This document shows, in pieces, positions 12,846 through 25,124 of a stretch of DNA of 64,000 bases. The notes beneath the pieces were generated by a model. It saw only the letters and a list, made by a program, of their open reading frames with translations. It did not search any database and was not told where the DNA came from. The stretch covers positions 434,001-498,000 of the forward strand of contig JANJGN010000210.1 of the NCBI GenBank assembly GCA_026770705.1. Direction: 5' to 3'. Position 1 is the stretch's first letter; each line of letters starts with the position of its first letter. The DNA comes from Isurus oxyrinchus (lineage: Eukaryota). The position numbers were made by a program, and so were the translations under genes.

Positions 12846-14318
12846 GTTCATTATTTAGAAGATTTCTCTGAATTCTCCTCGCGTTTCTCTGTTTTCTAGA
12901 GAAAAGAAACCAGGCCTGTTCAGCCTTTCCAGACAGATGTCGATTTATTTTCCAAAAAGTGGAAGAAATCAAAGAAGGTGACATAAGAAATAGGAGCTGC
13001 CGCCACCTTTCAAATCTGCTCCTCTGTTCAAGAATATAGTGGCTGATCTGCGTCCTGAATATCACAATCACGCACTGTCTCCATATCCCTTGATTCTTTC
13101 AGAGTCCAAACATCTATGAACACTGCCCATCTTTGATTAGATGCCATGAGACCTCATGGCGTCTGGAGTCAATGTTGAGGACTCCCAGGGGCAACACCCT
13201 GCTGAGTGTATATCACCGTGCAGCTGCCTCTGGGACTGTCCTGCTGGTGGCAAAGGACATACACAGGGACACTCACTTTTGAGTATCCACAGCTCTCTCA
13301 GGTATAGAATGTCACGGATTCAAAATAATATTTTGACCGAAGACAAATCTCCTCATCTCAGTTCTAATGGCCGACTTCATATTCTAAACTCTGACACCTG
13401 GAGAAACACCAACCCCAGAAGCTGCCCTGTTAGGCCCCTTAAGAATACTTCATGTTCCAATGATATCAGCTGTAATTTCTTCAAGCTCGAGGAAATCTAT
13501 GCTTTGACTACGTAACTTCTCCTCATAGGACAATCCGTTTGGCTCTGGTATCAGTACGATGAACGTTGTTCACTTGCACCAAAGCATGTAGATCCTTTCT
13601 GAAGAATGAGCCTCCAAGTTTACACAGCATCCCAGACTGGAGCCCATTGCAGTCATTGCCACACTGAATGCTTCCTCCAATTAATGTTCAATACGGAGGA
13701 AAACTGATTCATCAGCTGGTGGGTCGATGGTAATCAGCAGGAGGTTTCCTTGCCCATCTTTGATTAGTTGCCATGAGACCTCATGGTGTCTGGAGCCGAT
13801 GTTGAGGACCCCCAGGGGCAACACCCTGCTGAGTGTATATCACCTTGCAGCTACCTCTGGGACTGTCCTGCTGGTGGCACAGGACATACACAGGGACAGT
13901 GATGGTGGTGCCTAAGACATTGTCAAAAGGCTATGATTCTGTGAGCATGACTCTTGTCAGTGTGTTGCCAGTGACTAGGCCATCATTTCAGGGAGCATTT
14001 AAGAGTAAACCACATTGTTTTGTGTCTGGAGTCGCATGCGGGTTAGACTAGGTTTAAACTGAATATTTCCATCACTAAAGGACATTCGTGAATCAGATAG
14101 CTTCCAGCAATGATTTCATGATCACTAGTTTAAATGCCAGTTGTTTATATTATTTGATTTTTAATTCCACCAGTTGCTGGGATTTGAAGCCGATTTCCCA
14201 GTTCATTTGCCTTGCCCTCTGGATTACGAGTCTAATGACATTACAACTAGACCACTCCCTCTCCAATGTGAACATTAACCTGGATACTCTGTAATACATG
14301 GTGGTTGGTGTCACTTAC

Positions 14319-14666
14319 CGTCAGTGACAGTCAACACCGTCCCTGATCCGAGTTCATAAACATCTTTCGAAACGGTGCTCCCACATCTATATCTGTACTG
14401 AGCTTTACAGAAATAGGTGGCGGTGTCTTCAACTCTCAAATCTCGAATTTCCAACGACAATGTCTTTTTTTCTTTATTCACCGACACAACAAATCTCCCT
14501 CCGCTGGAGATCCACTCCCGCTCTGTCCCGGTCTGGGTTTTTCTGAAGAAACGCCCGCCTTCTAAACTTTGAGAATTACCAGATAAAGCACAGGTGATGG
14601 TGAGAGACTGACACTCCTTCCTGGTCACAGCTGCCGGGGTCTGTGTCACTGACTGACTCAAAGAGC
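14319..14666 (-). CDS. Germline-joined NAR-TCR-like V(D)J exon B (348 bp, phase 1-1)
   Basis: Acceptor ctgtttattttccag|; SLSQSVTQTPAAVTRKECQSLTITC...TATYFCKAQYRYRCGSTVSKDVYELGSGTVLTVTD G|gtaagt. Confidence 0.93.
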
Positions 14667-14813
14667 CTGGAAAATAAACAGAGAGAGTTTAATGGACATT
14701 CAGAGCCGAAACACAGAACGGGCTTAAACCCCAGACAGTGTCTGTAATTGGGATGGACTCCGGCAGCTTTATATTAAATCCATACAATGTCTGTTTGTTT
14801 GACCAGTGCTCAC

Positions 14814-14856
14814 GGGGTAAAAAAACACAAAGGGTGAAATCAAGGAGGGTTCGCAT
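14814..14856 (-). CDS. Leader exon of exon B, frame still open, function doubtful
   Basis: MRTLLDFTLCVFLP+C|gtgagc, 43 bp like the functional leader. Asp in the hydrophobic core; upstream octamer (ctttgcag, 14974-14981) and TATA mutated. Confidence 0.55.
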
Positions 14857-17663
14857 CGTTCTGCTGTTTGGAGTTGGTGGTTTATTTGACATGGAGCAGG
14901 AGACTGCAGACCGAACCTGCTCTTGGAGACTGGGCCTCAGAGCTGGATTGAAATACTTTAGAGGGTAGAGTTGCTTTGCAGAGGGCGGTGTCCCACGAGC
15001 CACGCTGTATCCATCTCTCTGGTTGTGTGTTGTGTGAATAAGTTACAGATTTAAAAACGGAACCTGCAGTTTCATGTTGCTTCATTGGGCCTGTGAGCCT
15101 GAGGTGAAGTCCCCTCTCCTATTTACCTGATGTACAGTGCCCGGCGGGGTGGGTGAAGGGAGGTAGGGTTGTTTCCATTAGTGAAGTGTTCCGCCCTCAT
15201 TCTCCCAAAACAATGAGCTTGTAGCTCCATCCATGTGTTTGTAGTGAGAGCTACTTCATGAGGATGGGATGTGGGAGAATCCCTCTTTCCTCAATATTAT
15301 TCTAACTGTCACGAGTATCAGAAAATGATGGAAACCTCATTAGTTCTGGCAGCATCTATGGAGAGTGAAACAAAATTAAAGTTTCGAGTCCATATGACGC
15401 TTCTTCGGAGTTGACTGTGCTGGGGATTATTAAACATCTCTCTGAACTGTCTGGTGGGACTTCGGTTGAACGTCTTATCCAAGGGAAGGAACCTTATACC
15501 CGCCTTAGTCCAGCAACTGAAAACCTGGTTGAAATAAAAGACAGCCAAGTGATTTTGCCAAAACTGAGGCAGAAGTACATAATGACCGGAAAGAATAACG
15601 TGTCCACATCATTGAAAGAAATGCTTGCTGCACTCCTTCCTCTGTGATTTGCATTTGAAATAATGCTTCCAGTAAACAATGTTTGATATCCTAGTCTGGA
15701 TAATTCAGAGTTTCCAGTTGCAGTGTTAGAACTTGAAGCCACACTCAGATGGACAGTTGAAATGGAGGCGGACACTGTGTTTGGGAATTGTTCAAAATAT
15801 CACACTCACTACCTTGTGAAACCTGGTCACTGTGTATAAACTGCACCAGGTCTAACAACACGTTCTGTTGAAATAAACCTCGTGAAGCAGCCGCGGTCAA
15901 ATGCTCCTGGAAACTGACAGGGACGAGGACATGGGTCTGCTCAATAAACCAGATAGGTGCGCCAAGGGCTGAAAAAGGTCAAAAAAACGACTTTAGGAGC
16001 ACCGAACTTCAAACTAATTTGGTCCACTGTACGTCACACAAACATGGCCGATCGTCCGACACTCAAATGTGGTCGATTGCTGAATGGACCTTTGAGTAGG
16101 GCCGGATGGGCTACCGCTGATCCCCAATGTGCCATCAAAGATATCAACCTCATCTCATTGACCGAAAAAGAAAATGAAGATCTGACAAGACCTCCTTGCT
16201 TCATAAACAAGTTTTGTAGATTAAATATCATCCATTTTCCTTCTGATTTTTCCGAATTCTCCTCGGGGTTCTGTGTTTTCCAGAGGGAAGAGGCCCCGCC
16301 TGCTCACCCTCTCCCGAGAGATGTCGATTGTTACTTATTTCTTTTCTCAAAAGCTGAATAAATCATAGCAGAGAACATAAGAAATAGAAGCTGGAGCCAC
16401 CATAACACATTTCAAACCTACTCTGCCATTCAACAATTTCCTGGCTGATCTCCTTCTTCAAAATCACATTCCCACACTTTCCCCATATCCCTTGATTCTA
16501 TCAGAGTCCAAACATTTATCGAACACTGTCTTGAATCCACTCACCACTGAGTGTAATCTGAAACTGTGACCCCTAGTTACAGACTGGACAGTCTGGAGAA
16601 ACACCAATCCAGAATCTGCCTGTCAAGAATATTTTACATTCCAATGATATCAGCTGTTATTTCTCTAAACTCTCAGGAATATATGCTTTGACTACTTAAT
16701 CTCTTCTCCTAGGACACTCCCTTTAACTCAGGAAGCAGTCTGCCGAGTCTTTGTTCGCTTCCTTCAAAGCATGTAGTTCCTTTCTTAATACTGAGTGCAA
16801 AGCTTTACACAGCATGCTGACTGGAGTCCATTACAATCCTTGCCGCCCTCAATGCTTCTTCCAATTGATGCTCAATAAGGGGGAGGACTGATTCATCAGC
16901 TGAACTAGAGATAGATGGTCATCAGCGGGAGGTTTCCTTGCCTATCTTTAACCTGATGCCAGGAGACTTCATGGGGCATGGATTCAATGTTGAGGACTCC
17001 CAGGGGCAACTCGCTGCAGACTGCATATCAGCGCGCCGCTACCTCTGGTCTGTCTTGTCCGTGGCACAGGGCATACACAGGGATAGTGAAGACATTGTCA
17101 GTACGTTAAGTTAAGTGAGTATGACTATGTCAGGCTGTTGCTTGATAAACCTCCCAATTTTGGCACATGCCTCCAGAGTTACGAGGACATTGCAGGTTCG
17201 ACAGGGCAGGGTTTAGCCACGGTCATATTGGGTACCTGTGTCGATGGCAGATGCTATGCCAAGTGGTGGGTCCAGGTTTCATTCCTTTTTATTTCAGGCT
17301 TCGCAGCGATTTCATTCATCTGAGTGACTAGGCCACCATTTCAAGCAGCATTAAAGAGTAATCCACATTGCTTTGTGTCTGGAGTCGCATGTACGTTAGA
17401 CCAGGTTCAAACGGAAGATATCATTTCCTAAAGGGCATTGGTGAATCAGACATCTTGCAGCAATGGTTTTCTGATCACTTGTTTATATTATTAGATTTTT
17501 AATTCCATGCGTTGCTGCTGGTGGGATTTGAAGTAAGTTTCTCAGCTCATGGGCCTTGGCCTCTGGATTACGAGTCCAATGACATTACAACTAGACCACC
17601 CCCTCCCCAATGTGATCATTAACCTGGATAGACAGTAATACATGGCGGTTTGGTGTCACTTAC

Positions 17664-17999
17664 CGGCAGTGACGGTCAACAACGTCCCAGGTCCGTCTTC
17701 ATAAGCATCTTTCGAAACGGTGCTCCAACAATTATATCTGTACTGAGATCTACAGTAATAGGTGGCGGTGTCTTCAACTCTCAAATCTCGAATTTCCAGC
17801 GAAAAGGTTTTTTCTGTTTTATTCACCGACACAACAAATCTCTCCCACTCCCATTCTGTCCCGCTCTGGGGTTGTCTGAAGAAATGTCCGCTCACTAAAC
17901 TATGAGAATTACCAGAGAAAACACAGGTGATGGTGAGAGACTGACACTCCTTCCTGGTCACCGCTGCCGGGGTCTGTGTCACTGAGTGACTGAAATGGC
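17664..17999 (-). CDS. Germline-joined NAR-TCR-like V(D)J exon C (336 bp, phase 1-1)
   Basis: Acceptor ctgtttaatttccag|; HFSHSVTQTPAAVTRKECQSLTITC...TATYYCRSQYRYNCWSTVSKDAYEDGPGTLLTVTA G|gtaagt. 12-bp in-frame deletion in the HV2 region. Confidence 0.93.
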
Positions 18000-18145
18000 C
18001 TGGAAATTAAACAGAGAGAGTTTAATGGACATTCAGAGCCGAACCACAGAACGGGGTTAAAACCCCCAGACAGTGTCGGTAATTGGGATGGACTTGGGCA
18101 GCTTTATATTAAATCCACACAATATCTGTTTGTTTAACCGGTACT

Positions 18146-18190
18146 CAGGGGTAAACAGACACACAAGGTGAAAACAAGGAGGACTCCCTT
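18146..18190 (-). pseudogene. Dead leader exon of joined exon C
   Basis: ATG>AAG at 18188-18190; donor cct|gtgagt changed to ccctgagt (GT lost); octamer changed to ctttgcaa (18308-18315). Confidence 0.85.
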
Positions 18191-19264
18191 CGTTCTGCTG
18201 CCTGGAGCTGAGGGTTTATATTACGGGAAGCTGGAGACTGCAGCCCTGAACTGCTCTGGGATACCGGACCTCAGAGCTGGACTGAAATACTTTAGGAGCT
18301 AGAGTTTCTTTGCAAAGGGCGGTGTCCCGCGGAGCATTGACGGGCCACACGATTCCCATCTCTCTGGGTGATTTCTCTGTGATTAAGTGACAGGTTTAAA
18401 AAGGGAACTTACAGTTTCATGTTGTTTCATTGGGCCTGTAAGCCTGATGTGAAGCCCCCTCTCCCATTTCTCTGATGTACAATGGCCTGCATAATGGGGC
18501 AAGGGAGGTGGAGTTGTTTCGGTTAGTGAAGTCTACCTCCTTCATTCTCCCACAGTAATGTGCTGGCCGGTCTGTCCATGTGTGTTTGGCAAATGGTATT
18601 TTATGAGAATGGGGTGTGGGAAAATTCCTCCTTCTCCAATATTATTCTAACTGTCATAAAAAAAAACAGAAAATGCTGGAAAGAGCTCGTCAAGTCTGGC
18701 AGCATCTGTGAAGAGTGAAACAGAATTAACGTTTCGAGTTTGTATGACTCTTCTTCAGAGCTACCTGTGCCGGAAATTATGAAACATCTCCCTGAACTGG
18801 CTGGTGGGTCTTCAGTTGAAAGTCTGTTCCAAGGGAACGAGCTTTATACCCGCCTTAGTCCAGCAGCTGAGGACCAGATAACAATGTGAGACAGTCCAGT
18901 GACTTTTCCAATATTCAGGCGGAAGTACAGAAATACCACAAAGAATAAACTCTCCACTTCATTGAAACAAATGCTTGCTGCAGACCTTCCCCTGTGACTT
19001 GCAATTAAAATGATGTTTCCAGAAAGTAATGTTTGATTTCCAGGTCTTGATTATTCAGTTTCCAGTTTTAGTGTTAAAACTTGAAGCCACACTCAGAGGG
19101 ACAGTTGAAATGGGGGCGGACACTGTGTTTGGGACTTGTTGAAAGTATCACACTCACTACTTTAGTGAAATCTGTTAGTTATGTTTAAACTGTCCTGGAT
19201 CTAACAACACGTTCTATTTAAGTGAAACTTGTGAACCGGCCGCAGTCAAATGCTCCTGGAAACT

Positions 19265-21531
19265 CAGAACAAAAACACAATTACCTGGAAAAACTCAGCA
19301 GGTCTGGCAGCATCGGCGGAGAAGAAAAGAGTTGACGTTTCGAGTCCTCATGACCCTTCGACAGAACTTGATTTCGAGTCCAAGAAAGAGTTGAATTATA
19401 AGCTGGTTTAAGGTGTGTGGTCAGTGACAGTCCTGGAAACAATGGCTTGATGGCTGAGCGTCAACTCGCAGACACTTCCTCCTACCTCTCCCTGGACCAT
19501 GACCCCACCACTGAACATCATGCCATTGTTCCCAGGACTGTCACTGACCTCATCTCCTCTGGGGATCTCCCTCCCACAGCTTCCAACCTGATAGTCGCCC
19601 AACCTCGGACGGCCCGCTTCTATCTCCTACCCAAAATCCACAAACAGAACTGCCCCGGTAGACCGATCGTCTCAGCTTGCTCCTGCCCCACAGAACTCAT
19701 TTCTCGTTATCTTGACTCCCTTCTCTCTCCCCTTGTCCAGTCCCTTCCCACCTACATCCGTGATTCCTCTGACACCTTACGTCACATCAACAATTTCCAG
19801 TTCCCTGGCTCCAACCACTTCCTCTTCACCATGGACGTCCAATCCCTCTACACCTCCATCCCCCCCCCAGGATGGTCTGAGGGCCCTTAGCTTCTTCCTC
19901 GAACAGAGGCCCGAACAATCCCCATCCACCACTACACTCCTCCGTCTGGCTGAACTTGTTCTCACGTTGAACAATTTCTCCTTCAACTCCTCTCACTTTC
20001 TCCAAATAAAAGGTGTGGCTATGGGTACCCGCATGGGCCCCAGCTATGCCTGTCTCTTTATGGGGTATGTGGAACATTCCTTGTTGCAGTCCTACTCCGG
20101 CCCCCTTCCACAACTTTTTCTCCGGTGCATCGATGATTACTTCGGTGCCGCTTCATGCTCTCGTCGGGACTTGGAAAAATTTATTAATTTTGCTTCCAAT
20201 CTCCACCCCTCCATCATTTTCACGTGGTCCATCTCTGACACTTCCCTCCCCTTCCTTGACCTCTCTGTCTCAATCACTGGTGATAGACTGTCCACCAATA
20301 TCCATTACAAACCCACCGACTCCCACAGCTACCTTGACTACAGCTCCTCACACCCCGCTTCCTGTAAGGACTCCATCCCATTCTCCCAGTTCCTTCGCCT
20401 TCGTCGCATCTGTTCCGATGATGCTACCTTCAAAAACGGTTCCTCTGACATGTCCTCCTTCTTCCTTAACCGAGGTTTTCCACCGACGGTCGTTGACAGG
20501 GCCCTCAACCGTGTCCGGCCCATCTCCCGCACATCCGCCCTCACGCCTTCTCCTCCCTCCCAGAAACATGATAGGGTCCCCCTTGTCCTCACTTATCACC
20601 CCACCAGCCTCCGCATTCAAAGGATCATCCTCCGCCATTTCCGCCAAGTCCAGCATGATGCCACCACCAAACACATCTTCCCTTCAACCCCCTTATCGGC
20701 ATTCCATAGGGATCGCTCCCTCCAGGACACCCTGGTCCACTCCTCCATCACCCCCTACTCCTCAACCCCCTCCTATGGCACCACCCCATGCCCACGCAAA
20801 AGATGTAACACCTGCCCCTTCACTTCCTCTCTCCTCACCGTCCAAGGGCCCAAACGCTCCTTTCAAGTGAAGCAGCATTTCACTTGCATTTCCCCCAACT
20901 TAGTCTACTGCATTCGTTGCTCCCAATGTGGTCTCCTCTACATTGGAGAGACCAAACGTAAACTGGGCGACCGCTTTGCAGAATACCTGCAGTCTGTCCG
21001 CAAGAATGACCCAAACCTCCCTGTCGCTTGCCATTTTAACACTCCACCCTGCTCTCTTGCCCACATGTCTGTCCTTGGCTTACTGCATTGTTCCAGTGAA
21101 GCCCAACGCAAACTGGAGGAACAGCACCTCATCTTCCGACTAGGCACCTTACAGCCTTCCGGTCTGAATATTGAATTCAATAACTTTAGGTCGTGAGCTC
21201 CCTCCCCCATCGCCACCCCCTTTCTGTTTTCCCCCCTTTTCCCCCTTTTTTTTCCCTATAAATTTTATAGATTTTTCTTTTCCCACCTATTTCCATTATT
21301 TTTAAATATTTTAAAATCTTTTATGCTCCCCCCACCCCCAGTAGAGCTGTACCTTGAGTGCCCTATCATCCATTCTTAATTAGCACATTCGTTTAGATAA
21401 TATCACCAACTTTAACTTTAACACCTATGTGTTCTTTTGTACCATTGTCGCTGACATCTTTTGATGATCTGCTTCTATCACTGCTTGTTTGTCTACACAA
21501 GCACCTGTCTCTCTCTATCTCTCCGCCCCCC

Positions 21532-21562
<31 letters not shown>

Positions 21563-21754
21563 ACACAGCTTAAACCAGCTTATATTTCAACTCTTTCTTG
21601 GACTCGAAATCAAGTTCTGTCAAAGGGTCATGAGGACTCGAAACGTCAACTCTTTTCTTCTCCGCCGATGCTGCCAGACCTGCTGAGTTTTTCCAGGTAA
21701 TTCTGTTTTTGTTTTGGATTTCCAGCATCCGCAGTTTTCTTTGTTTTTATTTTT
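19265..21754 (+). mobile_element. Penelope-like retroelement (RT + GIY-YIG), 5'-truncated, with an inverted copy of its 3' terminus at the 5' end
   Basis: FYLLPKIHK..PGRPIVS, TMDVQSLYT, GVAMGTRMGPSYACLFM, CIDD, LVYCIRCSQCGLLYIGETKR. One frameshift in the poly-C at ~19860. 19265-19418 is the reverse complement of ~21560-21715. TSD TGCTCCTGGAAACT at 19251-19264 and 21755-21768. Confidence 0.95.
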
Positions 21755-23599
21755 TGCTCCTGGAAACTGACGGGGACAAGGACATGGCGCTGCTCAGTAA
21801 TCCAGGCAGGCATGCAAAGGGCAGAAAAGGGCCAAGAAACTCCTTCAGGAGCAGAGGACCTCACCCTATCTTGGTCGACTGTACATCACACAAAAATGGC
21901 CGATCGTACGTCATTCAAAAGTGGTCGATTGTTTAATCGACCTTTGAGTAGCTCCGGATTGGCTGCAGCTGATCCCCAATGTGCAATCAAAGACATAAAC
22001 ATCATCTGATCCGTCGAAAACTAAAATAAAAGCCTGAAAAAGCCTTTTTGCTTCATCTACATGTTTTGCACATTAAATATTGTCCAATTTTCTTCTGATT
22101 TTGAATGCTACTGACGCGAAACGGCGCAGAACAGCGCATGACATAAACATGTTTTGCCTCAGAGCTACCACAAATACAACTTGTATTTTAAAGCACATTT
22201 AATACAATGAAAGGTCCCTTCAGCAGCTCGTGACAGTGATCTTCGTGAAGCATGAATCGTGAGAGGCGGATGTGGCCGATCACCCGAGTCACCGTCTGCA
22301 ATGTGGGACCGTGGATACATTTTAGCATCGTGGTTACCAACACTCAGATTGTAGCAGTCTCATTTTAAGAGACCACGATTCTTTAAAAGCAACCGGCAGG
22401 AGAAATATTATCTGAATGTTTTTCAATCAGCATTTGTTTGGGAAAAAAAACATAAGTTCTTCCATCAATAGTTTTAATTTTTCTTCCATTCAATTTATCT
22501 TGATATATTTACATTTAGTTTCATTTTATTTCTCCATTTCCTTTGTGCAGTTTGCGCTTCTTGCATGGGAACGTAGCAATCGTGAGAACTTGCCCCAAAG
22601 TCTCTCAGTTGTCTGTTGGGTTCAGTCTGTTCAGTTTCCCTAGTGGTTTTACTGTTACTCACTGGGAACTGCGTCTTCCCCCTCTCTGACAATTTCAAAT
22701 TTGTTCCGCCCATTTACTGATTGAAGTTTTCTTGAAGTTTTACTTTACTCAGTATCTACCAGAGGAGGAACAATCCATTCTGCTCAACTGATTTATGCCT
22801 GTGTATTTACTACGGACCAGCCCTCATCCGCCCGAAATCTAATTTCCAATAAGCTCCCTGAGTCAGTCTGCTCGGCTCTCCTTCCTGTACTTTCAAGTCT
22901 TCCCCTAAATGTATCAATACTCTCTGCTCCAACCACTCCCTGTGGCAGCAGGTTCCACATTCTGACCTGCCTGTTTTTACACTTCTTCTTCTTAATGTCA
23001 TTATTTGTTCTGTGAGTGACTGTCTTATTCTAATAGCTCTAGGCTCACCCACAAATAAGCAGCTATTCCACAAATACTCCAATGAACCCACTCGTTACTT
23101 AAACGATTTCCATGAATTCTCCTCCTCTTTCCCTGTTCTGCAGGGACAAGAGGCCCGGCCTGTTCCATCTCTCCACAGAGATGTAGATTATTCTTTTCTT
23201 TTTCTTTTCTTTTCTCAGAAGTGTAACAGATCAATGCGGTTAATGTAACAAACAGAAGCAGGAGCGGCCATGTTACCTTTCAAACCTTTTCCCATTCAAA
23301 AATGTCCTGACTCATCTCCTAGCTCAACATCACTTTGCCGCAATGTCCCCATATCCCTGGATTCTTTAGCATCCCGAAATCCATTGAAGACTTCCTTTAA
23401 TACACTGAAGTACTGAGCATCCACAGCTTTCTGAGGAAGAGAATGTCAGAGATTCACAACAGTGGCTTCACCGAAGAAATTTCTCTTCTTCTCATTTCTC
23501 ATGGTCGAGTCCTTATTCTGAAACTGTGACCCCTAGTTATAGGCTTCTCAGCCTGGGGAGATACCCACCGGGAATCTATCGTGCCCTGGATGTTAGATG

Positions 23600-23780
23600 T
23601 TCTAATGAAATTACATCTCATTCACATAATCCCCAGGGAACATAGGTCTAGACAACTCAATCTCTTCTTATACGACAATCCCTTTATCTTAGGGATCAGT
23701 CTAATGAACATTTGTTGCACTCCCTCTAAGGTACGTAGATCCTTCCTTAAGTAAGGAGACCAAAACTTAACCCAGCATTT
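23600..23780 (-). mobile_element. CR1 fragment
   Basis: FWSPYLRKDLRTLEGVQQMFIRLIP..GLSYKKRL. Confidence 0.7.
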
Positions 23781-24711
23781 CAGACTGGAGCCCATTTCAG
23801 TCCTTTCGTCCATAAACCTCACCCACCTCCCTGGGCTCGGATTGTACTTTGAATGGGCCAGAGATCCTCCATTCCTTTTCTCCTTTTCGATGAATTATTT
23901 ACTCCAGTTTCTAAATGAACATTCCCCCAATTTACAACTTACTATTGTTTCCTTGGTTTCCTGTTCTCCTTTATAAGATTAATGCATCATCCTCACTATC
24001 TCACTGCACTGTGTTGTTTCAATTCACGTAATCAGGGATAGAGATAAATTTCACCAATCCCATCTCTCAAACATCTACATTCAATATAGAGCAGTGTCTG
24101 CAGTTCCAAACTTTCACATTTCGGTCTGAGGGTGGAAAAGGAGGAGAGTGATTGGTTCTATGAAGATAATTGAAGGAAATGGCGGGGACAATGTCATTTA
24201 TTTCAGTCACTGATTGTCCAAAAATAAAATTCCATCTGGACCCACATCAGGATCTCTTATAACTGTGTCACTTATAACATTGTGTCACTCTCCCGTTTTA
24301 CTCTCGGGATTGGTATTGAACGAGCCGCTGCAGGTACCCGAACTGGCCGCAGTTGTGTTGAGTTTATTCACCCGGTACTTCATTCACATTGCACGACTCG
24401 GACTGCAATCTGCTGCCCAGGAGAGAGCTCTGTGACCCCGCTCCCGGGCTCTAAGGGACAGAAAGAGCTCCCTCGGTCACAATTAACACCGGGAGTGGAG
24501 TCCGGAGTGTCGACAATCTGCGCTCATTAAAAGTGATTCAGAGAGTGAGTCTGTGATGTTGATATTGTCCCCGATGTGCCCGTTGAACAAATAATGGGCC
24601 AGAATCCACCAACTCCCACATCCCACCCAAACTCTACTGATATCAATAATAAACTGACGGTGAAAATTACACGGGACAGGCTGTAACCCGGCGGGGTTTG
24701 GAGTCACTTAC

Positions 24712-24769
24712 CGGCTGTGACAGTCACCACTGTCCCGGATCCATCCACATAATCATCTTTATAACTCAC
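24712..24769 (-). CDS. NAR-TCR-like J segment (unrearranged)
   Basis: VSYKDDYVDGSGTVVTVTA G|gtaagt; matches the 3' ends of the joined exons. Confidence 0.93.
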
Positions 24770-24808
24770 CACAGTGACACCGCTCTCAATCTCCCTGGTA
24801 CAACAACC
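24770..24808 (-). promoter_or_regulatory. 23-RSS of J
   Basis: Plus strand CACAGTG 24770-24776, 23 bp, ACAACAACC 24800-24808. Confidence 0.9.
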
Positions 24809-25124
24809 ACCGACACTTCAAACTGGCTGGAGATCATCATCAGACAGTAGGAACTGCCCAACTATTCAACGGATTCAAATAAATAAACAGTATTCAATGG
24901 TTCAAAGTCTCTGTTGAGTCAAACTGTTTTTTGTGAGTCCCTGAGCTCTGAGTAAATGGTCTCGGGAACGAGATGTTCATTTCATATAAACCGAGAAAAA
25001 TATCAAAGAAAGATAACTGAATGGTGGAAATTACAATAAAATGTAACCAGATTTCAGCGATAATAACATCAACACGACAATTCACTATCCGGACCCGGCG
25101 AATTTATATTTAAATTTTTGCAGA

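Noticed and set aside
8481-17999. Joined exons as retroposed (processed) copies or somatic lymphocyte contamination
   Set aside because: Leader introns, promoter remnants and J 3' flanks are retained. The three diverged copies share one junction and sit in duplicated genomic blocks.
20013-20870. Long Pro/Ser-rich overlapping ORFs (also 30886-31710)
   Set aside because: Alternate-frame shadows of the C-rich Penelope RT ORF.
24925-24992. Possible second D segment between D and J
   Set aside because: Nonamer-like gttttttgt and atataaacc are present, but no heptamer with CAC at proper spacing. The single 12/12 D already satisfies the 12/23 rule.
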